DNA of 64,000 bases from Leidyana gryllorum EB-2025a (taxonomy: Eukaryota; Protista; Apicomplexa), in NCBI GenBank assembly GCA_048772705.1, contig JBLWGC010000230.1, forward strand, positions 1,488,001 to 1,552,000. Direction: 5' to 3'. The notes beneath the pieces are model-generated. The model did no database searches. It saw only the letters and a list, made by a program, of their open reading frames with translations, and had not been told where the DNA came from. The position numbers and the translations under genes were made by a program. Position 1 is the stretch's first letter, and every line of letters starts with the position of its first letter. This document shows, piece by piece, positions 48,938 to 62,464 of the stretch.

Positions 48938-50666
48938 TCACAGTTCCTTCAATCTCTTCAGTACGGTGTCCCTGAAGGTTCCTGATGATCAAAAGATCAG
49001 TCATCCGCCACTAACACGATAGATACACTCACCAAAGTCGAATTTCAGCGCTTGTTCTCGACAAGCGTCAGCCACAGCAAGATCGCTCCGACGCATGTAC
49101 CACTGCTCGATGGCGTCAGCGAAATGCTCCACAGATTGTGGACACAAGGATCCCTGCCCCCAAACTCATCATAGGAACCCACTTCAGACTGCCCTTTCTC
49201 ACCGTCTTTCCGTCCGCAACAGTCTCTTTTGGGCCTCCTGAATCCATTGCTACTACAGGAGTTCCCATTGACATAGACTCAATGGGCACAATGCCAAAGT
49301 GCTCATTCGCAGGGGTATATACAACCACAGCTGCATATTGAATCAGCGCCCGCACCTTGGCATCGTCCAGCGAACGTAATAACAGCATCTGTGGGATCCG
49401 CAAAGCAATGATTAACCATACCGTGGAGCACACAAGAAAGGCAGAGAGACACTTCCACTCACACACCACCCTAATTAGTAGACACACAATCGACGGCATT
49501 GCCTGCTGGTCGACAACACGGCCGAAGGGACCCATACACCTTCAAACACATCAGCAGAACACATTAGCAGCACGCACACACACACGCGCAGCAGTACAGC
49601 AACTCACATTCTCCGAGCTTAGATAACTGGATTGGCGTCTGTACTCCTCAAGTTCCCGAAGGCATTCCACGTTACCAGCTACTTCCGCATCATATCCACC
49701 ACAAATGACCAGTTTTACACCGGCTGGCAGTTTTCGACTTCTCTGCAGTTCGGGTGTGTACACCATACGGTTCCAGCAGATCTGAAGGAGACTCACCAAG
49801 AGCTTTTCGAAGGCTTTAACGGCTAACAAGTGGTTCTTCTTGCGTTCGTACCGATTAAGACTCAGCACATAGCATTTAGCACCAAGGTCGGGGGGCAAAT
49901 CCTCATTGCGAGGCCCGAGCCCTGTGCGGATAACACACGGATATAGAACTTCCAATTTACTCCTGCTGTAAGTAGCGGGCCGTTGATGCACGAGGAGACT
50001 TACTTGTCAAGATGATCACCAAACTCTTCTAAGAATTTCCCCTTAGTATAATTGGAGTTGACAATGACAGCATCGCAAGCAGATATCCCGTATTGCTCGA
50101 GTTTGGCGATGGTCAATCGGTAAAGCCGTCTGCCAAACTGCTGCAATGCAGACCCTTTGGTCTTCAAGTGGTCTGGCGCATAGAGGGTCTCGGGAAAATG
50201 ACCATAAAAGACAACTTTGTGGGCTAGTAAGCCCAGCACAGGATTGAACATTGCCAGTTGGTCATTGACGACCACTGACCACTTCTCCCCTCGGCGAACG
50301 AACCTGCAGATGGACCATTATCGACGAGCACAGTTGTAGGGAGGAGGGACGGGTGTGTGGGGGAGCGAGCAGTACTGACAATCTGACCCATAAGAGGGCG
50401 AGCAAGAGGTAGAGTAGTCGAAGCACTGAAGAGAGTACTGTGAGACCTCCTTTCACGTTCCTGGGGATCCAAGCACCATATGTTTTAATCGCGAATAGCT
50501 TCGTTCTGCACTCTGACAAACACCGCGCAGGATCAAAACGAGTGGTCGCGATTGTGGTGGGTATCTTGGCATCCCCAGTTGCGCGTGCAAGCGAGACTAC
50601 GAGGCGTTCAGCTCCTCCAATGCCCAAATCGAGGTGGAAGAAGAGCACTGATTTCAGTGTTCCCAT
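48938..50666 (-). CDS. ALG2: alpha-1,3/1,6-mannosyltransferase, multi-exon
   Basis: FHLDLGIGGAERLVV, FYGHFP, LSLNRYERKKN and YTPANEHFGIVPIESM..GTPVVAMDSGGPKETV. Confidence 0.93.
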
Positions 50667-50704
50667 ATGAGTAATCTAGAACGAATTTTCCGTGCACTTG
50701 AAGA

Positions 50705-51970
50705 ATGTCCCTACCACCTCCACTACCTCCCACATACTTTGAGAGGGTCCGCATCACCCCTCAAGCCTTAGTTAAGATGGTGAGAAGAAGTTGTGTTGGT
50801 TTCATATGTGGGTCAGACACAACATGCGTTATCGGGCGGCGACTTGGAGGTGATGGGTTTGCTTATGGGGACTGCTCGAATGGATAGCCCAGAAAGAGGC
50901 GATTTTATCATTGTTGACAGTGTAGCGTTGCCCGTTCACGGCACGGAGACTCGTGTCAACGCTGGGGAAGAAGCGAATGAGTTTATGGCCAAGTTTGCCG
51001 CCATGGAGGCTAAGGTCGGTTGACGAGTCCAATCCAGGCAAATTGCTCAGCTTCAAAATAGGTACAGAGCTGTGGGCTGGTATCACACCCATCCCGGATA
51101 CCGCTGTTGGCTGTCGGCGATTGATGTCAGTACTCAAAAGCTATACCAAGCCTTTCAAGATCCTTGGGTGGCCATTGTAATAGACCCTCACAACACGGTG
51201 GCCAACTCGAGAGTCGATGTGAGTGTTGTTAGACTCTGTGGGGCCCCAATGACACCGAACTGTCCAGATCGGTGCTTTCCGCACCTTCCGCGAGCCGCAG
51301 CCTCAAATAGGGCAAATGCAACTGGACTTTCAGGACGAGGTCGGCTCGAAGGCCAAACTCCACGAATTTGGAGCGAGCGCCCAAGAGTAAGCCGCCAAGT
51401 ACTTCAACTCCTTCTCTTTCCCTCCCCCCGGTCTCTCTTTGCCCCTTACTCTCTCCCCGGTCTCTCGCTCACTTTCGCTGTGTCTCAGTTACTATTCACT
51501 GCCGGTTGAGATTTTGACGATGGCCTGTACTGCGAGTTTGTTGGCAGATTTGGGTCCCACGATTCAGTGGCCACTCGAGAGTGTCGGGGCGGATCATAAT
51601 ACGCTGGCGTCGTCAATCTCACAGATACTCCAAGCCTTCAAGGTACAGTTGCCACGGGCGAGAAGCTGCAGTGTTTAACTCTCTGTCTTCTCAGCCATTG
51701 GATTTACGCCCTCTATTGCAACGATTCAAGAGTACTTGTGGTGCCATGGGGGACCAACTGTCCGACAACCGACCAAAGCCTCAGGGGACTACTCCGAAAG
51801 GCGTTGTGAGAATGTCGCTTGAAGAGGCTTTGTGAGTGATTGTCGAGGTCAGAGAGACATATGTTGGACATTTGTGCAGATCGGCGTTGGAATCAGCTTA
51901 TAGATTCTCTCCCACAACAGTTGATATGTCAAAAGCTTTGTATGAGCTCGGAGAGGCAGAAACCGATTAG
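50705..51970 (+). CDS. CSN5: COP9 signalosome subunit 5 (JAMM isopeptidase), multi-exon
   Basis: [48 protein letters not shown] and [10 protein letters not shown]. Confidence 0.9.
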
Positions 51971-52061
51971 CTTGCAACAACTCGCGGCATGCGCACCTTG
52001 GACCCTATACTCTCTGATCAGTGGTGCAGCTACTTCGTTGGTATAGTTTCAGGCCCCGAGA

Positions 52062-53855
52062 ATGCCAAGCGCTGTGCGTTTACCATCTTCGTGAGTATCT
52101 CACCCCTCTGGCGACCTCATACCGGCTCGTAGTTCCGCAATGGAAGCGCACCGACAAAAATGGAAGGAGGTGAGATCACGTGCGCGCTGATACCCGTTTC
52201 ATTCATTCTGTCATCAGATGATGGCCCGTCAAAAACGTCAACGCGACGTCCGAGACTCACTCCGGAAGATCAAAGACTCTCAGCTGGACATGCGGAAGTT
52301 CTTTCCTCCCATCAATCGTGCCAACGCCCCCAATGAGAGAGACTAGTAAGCGAGTCGTCGCTCTGGCAGAATCAAACGCCGACTATCAGCCGCATTCTAC
52401 GCGAGAGAGTCAAGAAAGTTGCATATAAACAAAAGGAAGCTCTGCATGAGTTTCATGAGAACATCCAGGAAGAGAGAAAGAGCGACATTGAGGGTCGCAA
52501 TCTCCTACTTCAAGGCGTACACTTACTCAACGCCAAGTACCATCTTGAAACCTTTGACCCTCCACGAGACGATATGATGGTGATTTATGATCTCGTTCAA
52601 GAGCTCGCAGACGCCTTTGTCCCCTGGGCTAACTACTTTGTTCATCATGAGAACAAAGAGGCCGTCGACGAAAAGTTCTGGACCATTGGCCCCTTCTGGT
52701 CCAGCTTGTATACGTGGCCCCGTCTTCAACGTCTACTCACTCTCCATAATCTCGTTATCCGTTTGGAACAGTAAGCAGCACGTCGCTCCTTCCACTATCC
52801 ATTTCGTCTCCCTCGACAGGTTGGACGGTGAGTTAGAGAAGGTCGTCGAGCCATTTGGTGTTCGTATCGCACAACACAACCCGCTCTATGAACTGCGACT
52901 CGCCGAAGATTTGCTCAGTAAGGACCCATGGATTTCAGAAGTCGCTTTGGTTGAAATCCTTCTTGAAAAGTTCGATCCACTGGTCGAATGTGTACTCAAC
53001 ATGAAAACCCAACCAGCTGCACCCCCATCTCAAGGAATGGTTGGCAATCCCATCTATCATCCAAATGCCATGTCACACCCTCCAGCCTATGAGGAAAGCT
53101 TTGAGACCATAGGGGCTGGCGGTTATGACGCCTCATATGCTGTCGCAGCTGCTGCTGCTGCTAACGGCCCCCCCTCGGCCCCCTATCCTTACTCCGCCCC
53201 GGCCCCAGAATATCAAGCCTACCCTCCTGCAGGACCTCAACAGCGGTACATTAGAGCCACCATATACCCGTCAGACTCTAATCAAACACCCAGAGAGCAG
53301 CCCAGCCTGTTTCACACATATGACTTGTCAGAGGTCATGGACACACAGCCTCCGAGCGGTGTCCAGCTTCTCTCCCCTCCAGGCATGGGCCATCAGCTAC
53401 CAGGCGGCGTCGCACCTCCATGGGCAACTAGTGCCATGCTCCCCCCGACTACAGTCTTCAAACCCGTCTGCCAACAGCCGCCTCAACTCAGCTACCCCGC
53501 CCCTACAGGAGGAGGTATGATCCCTCAGGGTGAAATGCTGGGATACCAAGGAGCTGATTTCCAGTATAGTGCACCGCCACATACGGAACAAGAGTTTGAA
53601 GAAGAACATTACTCTATGGAACAAGAGGTAGAACCAATGCAACACCAACACCCCGAGGAGCCAGCTAATATCGGACCCGTTAGAGGCAGAGAGCTAGGTG
53701 CCATCCGTCGTCGGGAAGATCTCGATTCAGATGCTTCGAAGAGATCCGCCAGTTTCTGGACCATCCTCCGTGATAACGTGGTGCGATCACTAACACCCTC
53801 TCGGCATGATGCTGGCGACTCCTCTTCCCACCACTCAAGCAGCAAATTCTGCTGA
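52062..53855 (+). CDS. hypothetical protein with a Pro/Gln-rich C-terminal half, multi-exon
   Basis: Exons joined by GT-AG introns into the 422-codon terminal ORF. Confidence 0.6.
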
Positions 53856-53904
53856 CAGTGGGGCAGAAGATGACGCCTTCCAACATTCGACCCCCTTCAA
53901 GCAG

Positions 53905-54429
53905 TCATCCAGGACCCACCTTGGGTATGTCGAAATCTGTTTATTTTAGTTCATTATATTCAATCCCTTCTTCTCAACCATTGACTTACGTTCGGATAGT
54001 TTAGCCAACTGGGAATTGAATTGAGCCATTCTTTCCCGGTGAGTCAGACTCAATCTCTTCTCAATCCGCTCCTTCCGCCGTAAATGTCTCGCTAACTGGA
54101 ACGACTTCTCTGCCGGAGTCAAATGTTCGAGCTCCATTATACGCCTGATGTCCCCAGCCACATCATCGAGTTCTTCGTCAAATCCTTTGGGTAAACTTGG
54201 CACTACAGAGTCCTGCTTTTCAGCCATTTTGGCCACAGCATTGTCAGTGTCTCGCTGAGCAGCAGCTTCTACGTCTTCCATCGTTCGCTCAGGCGGCCTT
54301 CGTTTCCCCTTTGTACTGCCGCCGCTCGTTGTACCCCCTCTGCACCAAATGAATACCATAAACCGAAATCACTCACTTTGTATTCTTCAGCTTCAAACCA
54401 CCCTTCCGTACATGGCGGTATTCGTCCAT
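53905..54429 (-). CDS. FAM32A: FAM32A (DUF1754) spliceosome-associated protein
   Basis: GGLKLK N-terminus, LTPAEKSF, THRERMAQFNSQLAKLSE|HFDIPKVGPG-stop. Confidence 0.88.
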
Positions 54430-54590
54430 TATTCCTCAGTCGCGACGAGCCGGAACGCTCACAATGTGGTAAACAAGGATGGTTATTATGCTCAGCACAC
54501 CTGCAGCAGTCGTCCTCTGCTATAACAAAACAATCTTCTTTCTTTGACTTACCCACTACGTTGCACAGCAGGTATATCTCTGCGTCCATT

Positions 54591-55206
54591 TTATATGTGC
54601 ACTTGTTCAAAAGACTTTTGCAATTCCAGAGGAAATTGGCTCGTCTGTATCAATGTCACCACTACCAAACAGAGAAATATACGTATGAGTACACACCCCC
54701 TTACGACGATTTCTCTCAGTTTCCGGATCGCTACATTTCTGACCGAATTGTGGCGTCATCACAATCAGTGGCACGAACAGGTTCTCATAGATCTCTCTGG
54801 ACACAAAGTAACCATTTATAACACCCACCACCAACTCACTTCAACGATGTTTTCAGACTCTTCATTTTCGGATCTGTCAGAATTACAAACTTGAACCCAC
54901 TCAACGACTCAAAGAAATGCAGTTTGTAACTCGGCGTCGTCAGCGTCTCAAAGGGGATGTTGGTGCCCATCGCTCCTGCATCGTTCCCTTCACTGCAGAA
55001 TAACAGTCTCAGACCCCAATCGAACGCGCAACTCACAATGGTTGCGACACCTTTGAGCAAAACCGTTTCAAAGAGAACACCAGTCCATGCAGTAACTCCT
55101 CCCGCCTGGACGCCAAACGTCCCTTCAGATTACGTCCACCACTGTTCCATATATGCCTATACAGACAGAATCTTCGGTCAAATATGTAGAACGCGTATAC
55201 CGCCAT
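54591..55206 (-). CDS. TRAPPC1: TRAPP complex subunit 1 (Bet5), 4 exons
   Basis: MAVYAFYIFDR, LLHGLVFSLK, YKLHFFESLSGFKFVILTD and EIYENLFV. Confidence 0.88.
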
Positions 55207-55271
55207 CCAGTTACTGAAATTATCTACTTTTCACCTCCACTACTCTTGTGGCCCAACTAACACCTAACTAT

Positions 55272-58200
55272 CTAAATCATCATGTTCTTCATTGTTTTGA
55301 TGCACACATCTCGTACAGTATTGAAACTTGTACTGCTATATGCCCGCCACCCCGGCAGATGAGTCGAGTTCTGCAAATGCCTCTTAATCTTCAATCACTC
55401 CAATATCTCACCTGTTGAGTGTACTGATACGAGCTCAGCCCCGTCAGCAGTCGAGCCACCGTTGTGGGCGTGATAATCCGCACGTCCGGCCGAGCCACAT
55501 GGTTCTCGGCCGTCACCACCTGGCTGTTTCCGACTCCATTGTCTCTCAAATACTTCACCAGCTGCTCGGCATCATACCGCAACCGTGAGAGCTCCACCGC
55601 TCCAAGTTTCCTGCACGAATATATCTCTCAAGTTCCGGCCTTCTCTCAAGATACTTACTTGTGGAAATTGTTCTCATCCAACAGTTGGCTTGGGTCAATG
55701 TTGTAGCGCTCTTTGTAATGACTCCATATTTTCTCGCGATTGCAAGATTCGTCCACCTCCTCGTTCACAAAGTAATCTTCAATAAAGGCATCCATCTCCA
55801 CTTCTGAGTTGAAGTGTCTGATCAACATCGCTGTCATCAATGCATCCAAACGGTTCAGTTGAACCCTATTGTTCCGTTCCATTGTCGTGATCACAGTCTC
55901 CACAATGCTGCGTAGGTACCGGTTCAGCACATTGGCATACCGCTCTGATGAAAAGTAGAAACTTATTCGCCGGAAGACTGCCCCACACGCACTCCCCCCC
56001 ATTTCGTAACTTGTGGACATACCTGTATGCAACAATCGCATGTATATATATTTGGCGTTGTTCGCCCCAGTTATGGGCCGCACCGATATGTGAAGATCGC
56101 CAGATATGTCGCGCAACATTTGCTCGACTAAATCGATATCGACGACCAAAGATCCGTAGAGTGTAGATACTCCTTGGCGATGCTGAACACCCATCAGATC
56201 CAGCCAGTGTAATCTGTATACTCCACTGCTAGATTTAGTCCAATAATTGGACAGAAATTCGACCAATGGATTGGATTTGGCAATGTGCTCCAGAGTTTCC
56301 CCGAAGCATCGAATCTCTACTCCTTCCGAATTGATCTTGTAGATGCGTAACAACTGAGTACCCTCTTTCCACTCCAACGATATCAATCGACGGGACTCAT
56401 CCGGGCATATTCTGTCCGCGTGAGACTCTCTCACCACTCTGTCTTCCATCAGAGGCTTTTTGTGATCATCTTCGCTGCATAGCTCAGGCGTTGTGGAGTG
56501 ATCAGCCAACCTTGACGATTGCAGGGTTCCCGTATCTTCACTGGAAGGTTCAATCACGCACCCTGATGAGACGTCAGACACTTCAGATGGCAGCCCGCTC
56601 CCCAAAGACGAGCTTTGGGGCAGAACAAATGCTTTTTGTCCGTCAGCGGCAGCGGGCTCAGATTCCACGTCAGAGACTCCGACTTCGGATGAGCTTGGCT
56701 CGGGTGAGCCCGTGACCAAAACATCGATGGCAGCGTGCAAGTTGCAAGTGACATCGGAGTCGGGGCAGGAGCTTCCTGAGGACTGTTGGTCAGGATCTCT
56801 GTCCCGCACACCACCGGCCTCTGGTATCGGAGTGAGTGGTTGATCGGTTGCTTTAGCCACATCCTTGGATGGCGTGCAGCAAGTTGATGAATCGGGGCAC
56901 CGAGACTCCGAGTTGTCACGTGATGGTAAGCTTTCACTTTTCGACGTTGCAGTATCCACTTGTAATCGGGCACGCCACCAAAACAGCACCGACGCCCATC
57001 TGTCAGCCAAGTCACCCAGGCAACCATCATCGACGATACTATTCACCTCCGCCTTCTTCTGTCGTTTCTTTTGAGAGGCAAATCGGCCGCTTGTGTCACT
57101 CGCCACCTCAGCTGACGCTATTAGACTTCCGGTCTGGTGGTCTATGGTGACGGCTGAGGCACCACTGCCATCGCATAGCTCCACATGAGCGCTGGTTTCG
57201 GATAAAGATTGCAGCATTGTCATGATCACTTGCAACTCGTCTTCGGTTCTGACGTTGAACATTTTGCCCAATTCAGCAATGGTGACCATCACCATACGCA
57301 GCTCAAAGGTGCTAGGCTTTGTCTCACTGGACCAACAGTTGATAGCACTGGCTGGTGGCAGTCCTCTGGCGCTAGGTGTAGTTGACACTTTCGGGCTACG
57401 AGCACAGGGTGACACGTGGGCCGCGGGGGAGAGCCCAGAAGACTGCGGTACCAGCCGTTCGGAATGTATCACCATCTTGCCATACACTTGAGGGGCTCCG
57501 TTTGCATACATGCCCGGAGAAGTGTAAAGGATCCGCCGTTCTGAGTTCATTTGCCGCAGTGACTTGGTAAGGTACAGGGTCTCCATCGAGGCACCGCTTT
57601 CCTGTGACTCTTGGTGCGAGGAGCTCGAAGGAACTGATAACAAGTCCAAGAAAACATTTCCAGATGCGGTGTCTTGAGAAGCCGAATCTTGTGTTCTCTT
57701 CGCCCGACGAGTGTTCTTCGAGTTCAGCACCGGAAGATCACACAGCAAAAGTTGCTTCATACTGTTAGTGACGGCCACTCTGTCAATCGCGCTACTGGCA
57801 ATCTGCTGGTATCGCAAGCGATAGTCATTGTTGTCCACAATGACATGGCAATTGGCGAGAGGTAGCTTGTGGGCACGATTGCACCTGCCGATTTCCTGAA
57901 TGTATTGCTCCAACGTACTTGGAATGTTAAGATGAGCAACGGCAACCACGTGGGGGCTGTCAACACCGATACCCAGAGCCTGTGTAGCTACAAGATACCG
58001 GCATTTGCCCCGCATAAGACTATTAGTCACCCGCTGTTTCTCCTCATCATCCATGCCGCTGTGGTAGTACACGCACACTTCATCGGGAAACTCTTCTTTG
58101 ATGCGTTGGCAGGCCCTTTCAGCAATCCATTTCATCCACGCATAGACGAGAACAACACCTTTGGTTTTCTTCCACTCAGCGGTCCGTAGAACACTAAGAA

Positions 58201-61030
58201 GATCTTCCAACCCTCGGGTGGAGCTCAGGTTTAGAGCAGATTGAGTCGTCGATGCTGCTCTATCGCCTCCGACCATTGATACTGTTTTCCGGAGATCTGG
58301 ACGGATGACTATACTTTGGTTCGCGTTAACAGCAGTCTTCTGGTCACCGGACGTGCCTGCCGACTCCGAGCCATATCGCATGATCTTCAGATCAATCTCT
58401 CCGTCCTCGTCGATAATTCGAGTGATGCTCTTAAGGGTGCTCTGACTGGCAGTTGCCGTCGTCAGAAGGATCCTCTTCACTCGGAATTTCTGGATCGCCA
58501 TCTTCACGATTCGTTGGTACGCGGGACGGAAGCTGTGCCCCCACTCGCTCAGACAGTGGGCTTCATCGATGCACATCAGTCCAATTCGTCTGCCATTGGT
58601 CAAGTAGTAGTGCAACCGATCGGTGATGAGTTGTTCCGGTGTTGTGAAGAGGAAGTCGATCATCCCTTGTGACAATCCGAAGCTTAGCCTCCGAATCTCC
58701 TCATATGCAACAGATCCATGTAGTTTCGACACATTCAAGATTCTTCGATTGTTCACAGTCGTTGGCATTTTACTGACCTGATCGTCCAGTAGAGGTATTG
58801 TGGGACAAACAACAATGGTCAGTTCATTCCGATGTTTAGCCAAATTGTATCCAGCAAGTTGATAGATCAAGGACTTGCCACCTCCAGTTGGCAGCGACAC
58901 CAGCAGTGCGGGAGTCATGGAACTCGAGGGATCTGGCAGATGATCATCTGGGTGTTCCGCTAAGAGATGCTCGACGGCCTCTCGCTGTCCTATACGGAAT
59001 TGTTTCATTCCAAATACACATTGAAGCTGCTTCTGCAAGCGTTCGGGATCATTTCTGCTGAGCAGCGGAGCAGCAGATGGTATTGGGCATCGGAGAGCTT
59101 CTTTCCCGACTTCGCGGGTGCTAGAAGCTGACGGTTCTTCACGCGTGGGCAAAGTTGCCAGACTGGAAGACTTCAGGTCTCCTTCGTCTGGCTGATGTTG
59201 ATCAATTTCGCTCGAGGAAGGGGGAGCTTGAGGTTGTTCAATGGAGGGATTATCTGGAGTATCGACGGACTTCCATGCATCTTCTTGAAGCGTCTCTACT
59301 CGGTAACTATCAATGATGTCCTGCATCGTCATTTTGGTCTTGGCCACGAACTTCTGATCTTGATCTGCAAAAAGTACGGGTGCCAAATTGAAGAGAGTTT
59401 GCGCACCACACTTACAATTTCGGATAGCGTCAGCTTTTCTTGCCCTTCTTGACTTATTCTTAACTATAGCTTCATCCTGAGCCGGTTCGCCTGTGTTCGC
59501 GATATCCTGTTCCATAGGAGCTTCGGCATTCGACGCGTGCAAAGCTTCTCGAACCGATCTAAGGTGAGGAAACATGTGTTCGGATGGGCTCAGATATATG
59601 AACTCACTTTCGTTCTCTGGTTCGCCTGGTTTTGGCGTTCAGTGCGACTCGAGAAACATACTTCTTCCGGTTATTAGGCGCCACCTTGGTACCGAGCAGA
59701 GTGCCAGCAGCAATACTCTTCCGAACCTTCACTTCTTCTTTCTTGTTATTCTTATCCGGGGGCCGAGTATTTTCCTTCTCATAAGGTAGGGAGAGTCGGT
59801 CTCTTTCCGCGCTCCTCGCATTGGTGTCCTCCGAAAGCCGATGAACGCCCCCGCCGGAACTGCTGGTTGTTGTCGTGGCGATCGAATGTCGGACATCTTC
59901 TGTACGTTTCCGCTTCGTGGCATTCCTGATGAGTGGTTCATCATCTCCATCCCCCTCACACTCCTCCGCCCGTCTCTTTCGTCGACTCTGCGTGGCTTCC
60001 GACTCCTCCGATATGGCAGATAAGCGGGAGTCTTTACCAGCCGCGAGCTGAGCGAGCGAGTCTTGTACAGCAAGTTTCACAGGCGTGCGGAGTGGACGGC
60101 CTTCTTCGACTCGTCCTATCAGAATCCCTTTCAGGGCCTTTACTCTTCTGCAACGGATCGCTCGCTCCTTCAACTTGTCTAAAGGAGTATCTCCACCAAC
60201 GAAGGCTGAAGACCCCTTTGAACTCTGAGGAGTAGCATTATCACAGTGTCGTGAAGGGGTTCCTCCAATGTATGTAGTCCGCACTTTGGCTGGTTTGTGC
60301 GGTGTGCGGGAGGTGACATTCTGGACGGCTTCCTCTCCGTCGCGAGAAACGTCGGACTCATTCGTTGCCAAGACGCTGCCGAAGGTTGGGGAGTGAATTG
60401 CGAGGACATTTCCATCTTCGGAGCTTTGCTCACGACCAAAGCAAGGCAAGGCAGCTGGTGCATCGTTGACAAACCCTTGTTCGATCAAACCTTCCAGCTG
60501 GCTCCTGACGTTGTTTAGACTACTTAGTATGCATTGGCGCAGGCTGTCAGTCGTCGCAGACAACTTGGTTCGACTAATAAGGAGGAGCAGACAGTAAATC
60601 GGGTGTGTTACATGACTCACTGTGGTTCGACGGTGCGCAACGCTGATCGGAAGAACTGTGTGCGCAGTTCTGCTAGTGCTTCAAGCTCCACATCGGGTCC
60701 TTCTGTCGAACAGGAAACTCGGTCGCGGAGACGTCGAACATCGGTAAAATGCTCTTCTAGTTCCTCCATATGAAGCAAGAGTATCTGGTGAACAAAGGGG
60801 TCAGGAGCTTGAGAGGCAAGCCGCACAGTCGCTTCATCGTAGCCGGCTCGGCGGAGGAAGCTGATCAGGGGCCACCTGATTTCGAAGGGGGTTGCGGGGG
60901 CAGCAGATGTTGGGAGGGGAGTGCCAGGACCTCGTTGAGGACGCAAAGGGGTGGTTAGACGAGCTCGACATTTCTTCTGTCCAACACTTGAGCTTCCTAG
61001 TGGATTGGGCGAACTGAGCGATAAGGGCAT
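55272..61030 (-). CDS. RECQL4: RecQ helicase, RECQL4-like, multi-exon
   Basis: LPTGGGKSLIYQL, CIDEAHCLSEWGHSFRPAY, TATA, YHSGM, QEIGR; C-terminal VARLLTGLSS...WRAYSSTSF. Confidence 0.8.
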
Positions 61031-61139
61031 ACTTAACTAAACTAAGGCGTGGCACCAATCAGAGCATAGCTTTGATCTGATCGAGTGCAAACACGCGTGT
61101 GTTTCCAGCACAGACACAATTATACTACTAAAAGAGCGT

Positions 61140-62325
61140 TCAATATGTTTTATAATTGTCAATCTCATCAGACGGGGTCTTCCTCTTATCAATTGCCCCG
61201 TATTTCATCAACGTCAATCCATGTCCCTTGAAAGTATCCTCCATTGATCTGCAAAAGAGAATTGAGTTTGCCCTCAGGACTGTATGCTTACCGCCATTCC
61301 ATCTTTAGTATATTGGTCGCCTTGGCATTAGAGACAAAAGTGCACTTGTTCACCTTGTTAGCGGCTGCTCGAACAGCACTGAAGAAGACCTTGCCGAGAG
61401 TGAGCATAAATTGGGGTGCACAAGTGGTAGCGGGGTTGAACCCATACGGCTTGAAGATTTTGGCACAAAGCTTTCCCTGTTCGATGAAATCCAAGTTCCC
61501 ATCATCAGCACTGGCCAAAAATCTCTCGCCGGCCACTTCATGACTGTCGCCCTCCATCGCCCGAATGTGGCAGAGTGCTACATCTCGGACATCCACGTGA
61601 GATGAATCCATTGGGGGTACGAAAGGATAGGTGCGTTTCAAAACTCTGAGGAAGTGTGTTGAGCTCTCGGCTTCAGCGTGGTGCTTGTCGAGAATGGGGC
61701 CAAAGATGAAGCCGGGGCAGATGGTGACAAGTTCGATTTTGCGATCTTTGTCTGCCGCATCATTGTACTTCTGATTTAGTTCCCAAGCCTTCTGTTCTGC
61801 TAAGGTCTTGCTTTTCTCATAGCCGACGATCCTTCCAGCGACTGACCACTCTGTCTCGTCGAACTTCTTGAAGGTTCCGTCAGCGGCCTTCTCCTTGTAG
61901 CGAGCGTCCGGATGTCCATAGACAACGGAGCAGACGCTGCTAGTCTGTACAATCCTCTTGATGGTGCTGTTCTCCCCGTACGCAGCTTTGAACACCCTCT
62001 CAACGCCTTCAACGGCAGGTTTGATAACCTCCTGCTCATCTTTGTAAGCGAAGGTGAAGGGCGAGGCCAGATGGAGCAAGTAATCGCATCCCTCTACCGC
62101 TTCTGCCCATCCTTCGTCGCTCATCAAGTCGGCTTTGACCAGCTCAAGGTTTGATTCCGCTTTGGGATGGAAGGTTTTGAGAAAAGCGTACTTGGCTCCG
62201 TTGACATCCCGAACAGTACCCCTGACTTTGTAGCCTTTGTCGAGCAATTGGTACACCACATGGGAAGCCAGCCAGCCACCAGCACCAGTAACCAAGATCG
62301 GCTTCTCGCTTATGATGGCAGACAT
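61140..62325 (-). CDS. NAD(P)-dependent SDR reductase (DFR/cinnamoyl-CoA reductase-like), copy 1, one 3' intron
   Basis: LVTGAGGWLASHVV, HLASP, TSS, YEKSKTLAE and VDVRDVA. Confidence 0.92.
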
Positions 62326-62464
62326 TGTCAACAAACTACGTGTCTTTCGTCTGCTTGAGATTTTGTGGAGCAAAATCTAAGATTGTCTCCCCGTGTGCGA
62401 TGTATTGATCTATTCGGCTTAAGGAGGGGAGTAGATGTGTAGGTGTGTCGTGGGGTTCTGAGAG

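Noticed and set aside
51987-52021. Possible GC-AG intron
   Set aside because: Not needed. CSN5 ends near 51970 and the next gene reads well from the ATG at 52062 with GT-AG introns.
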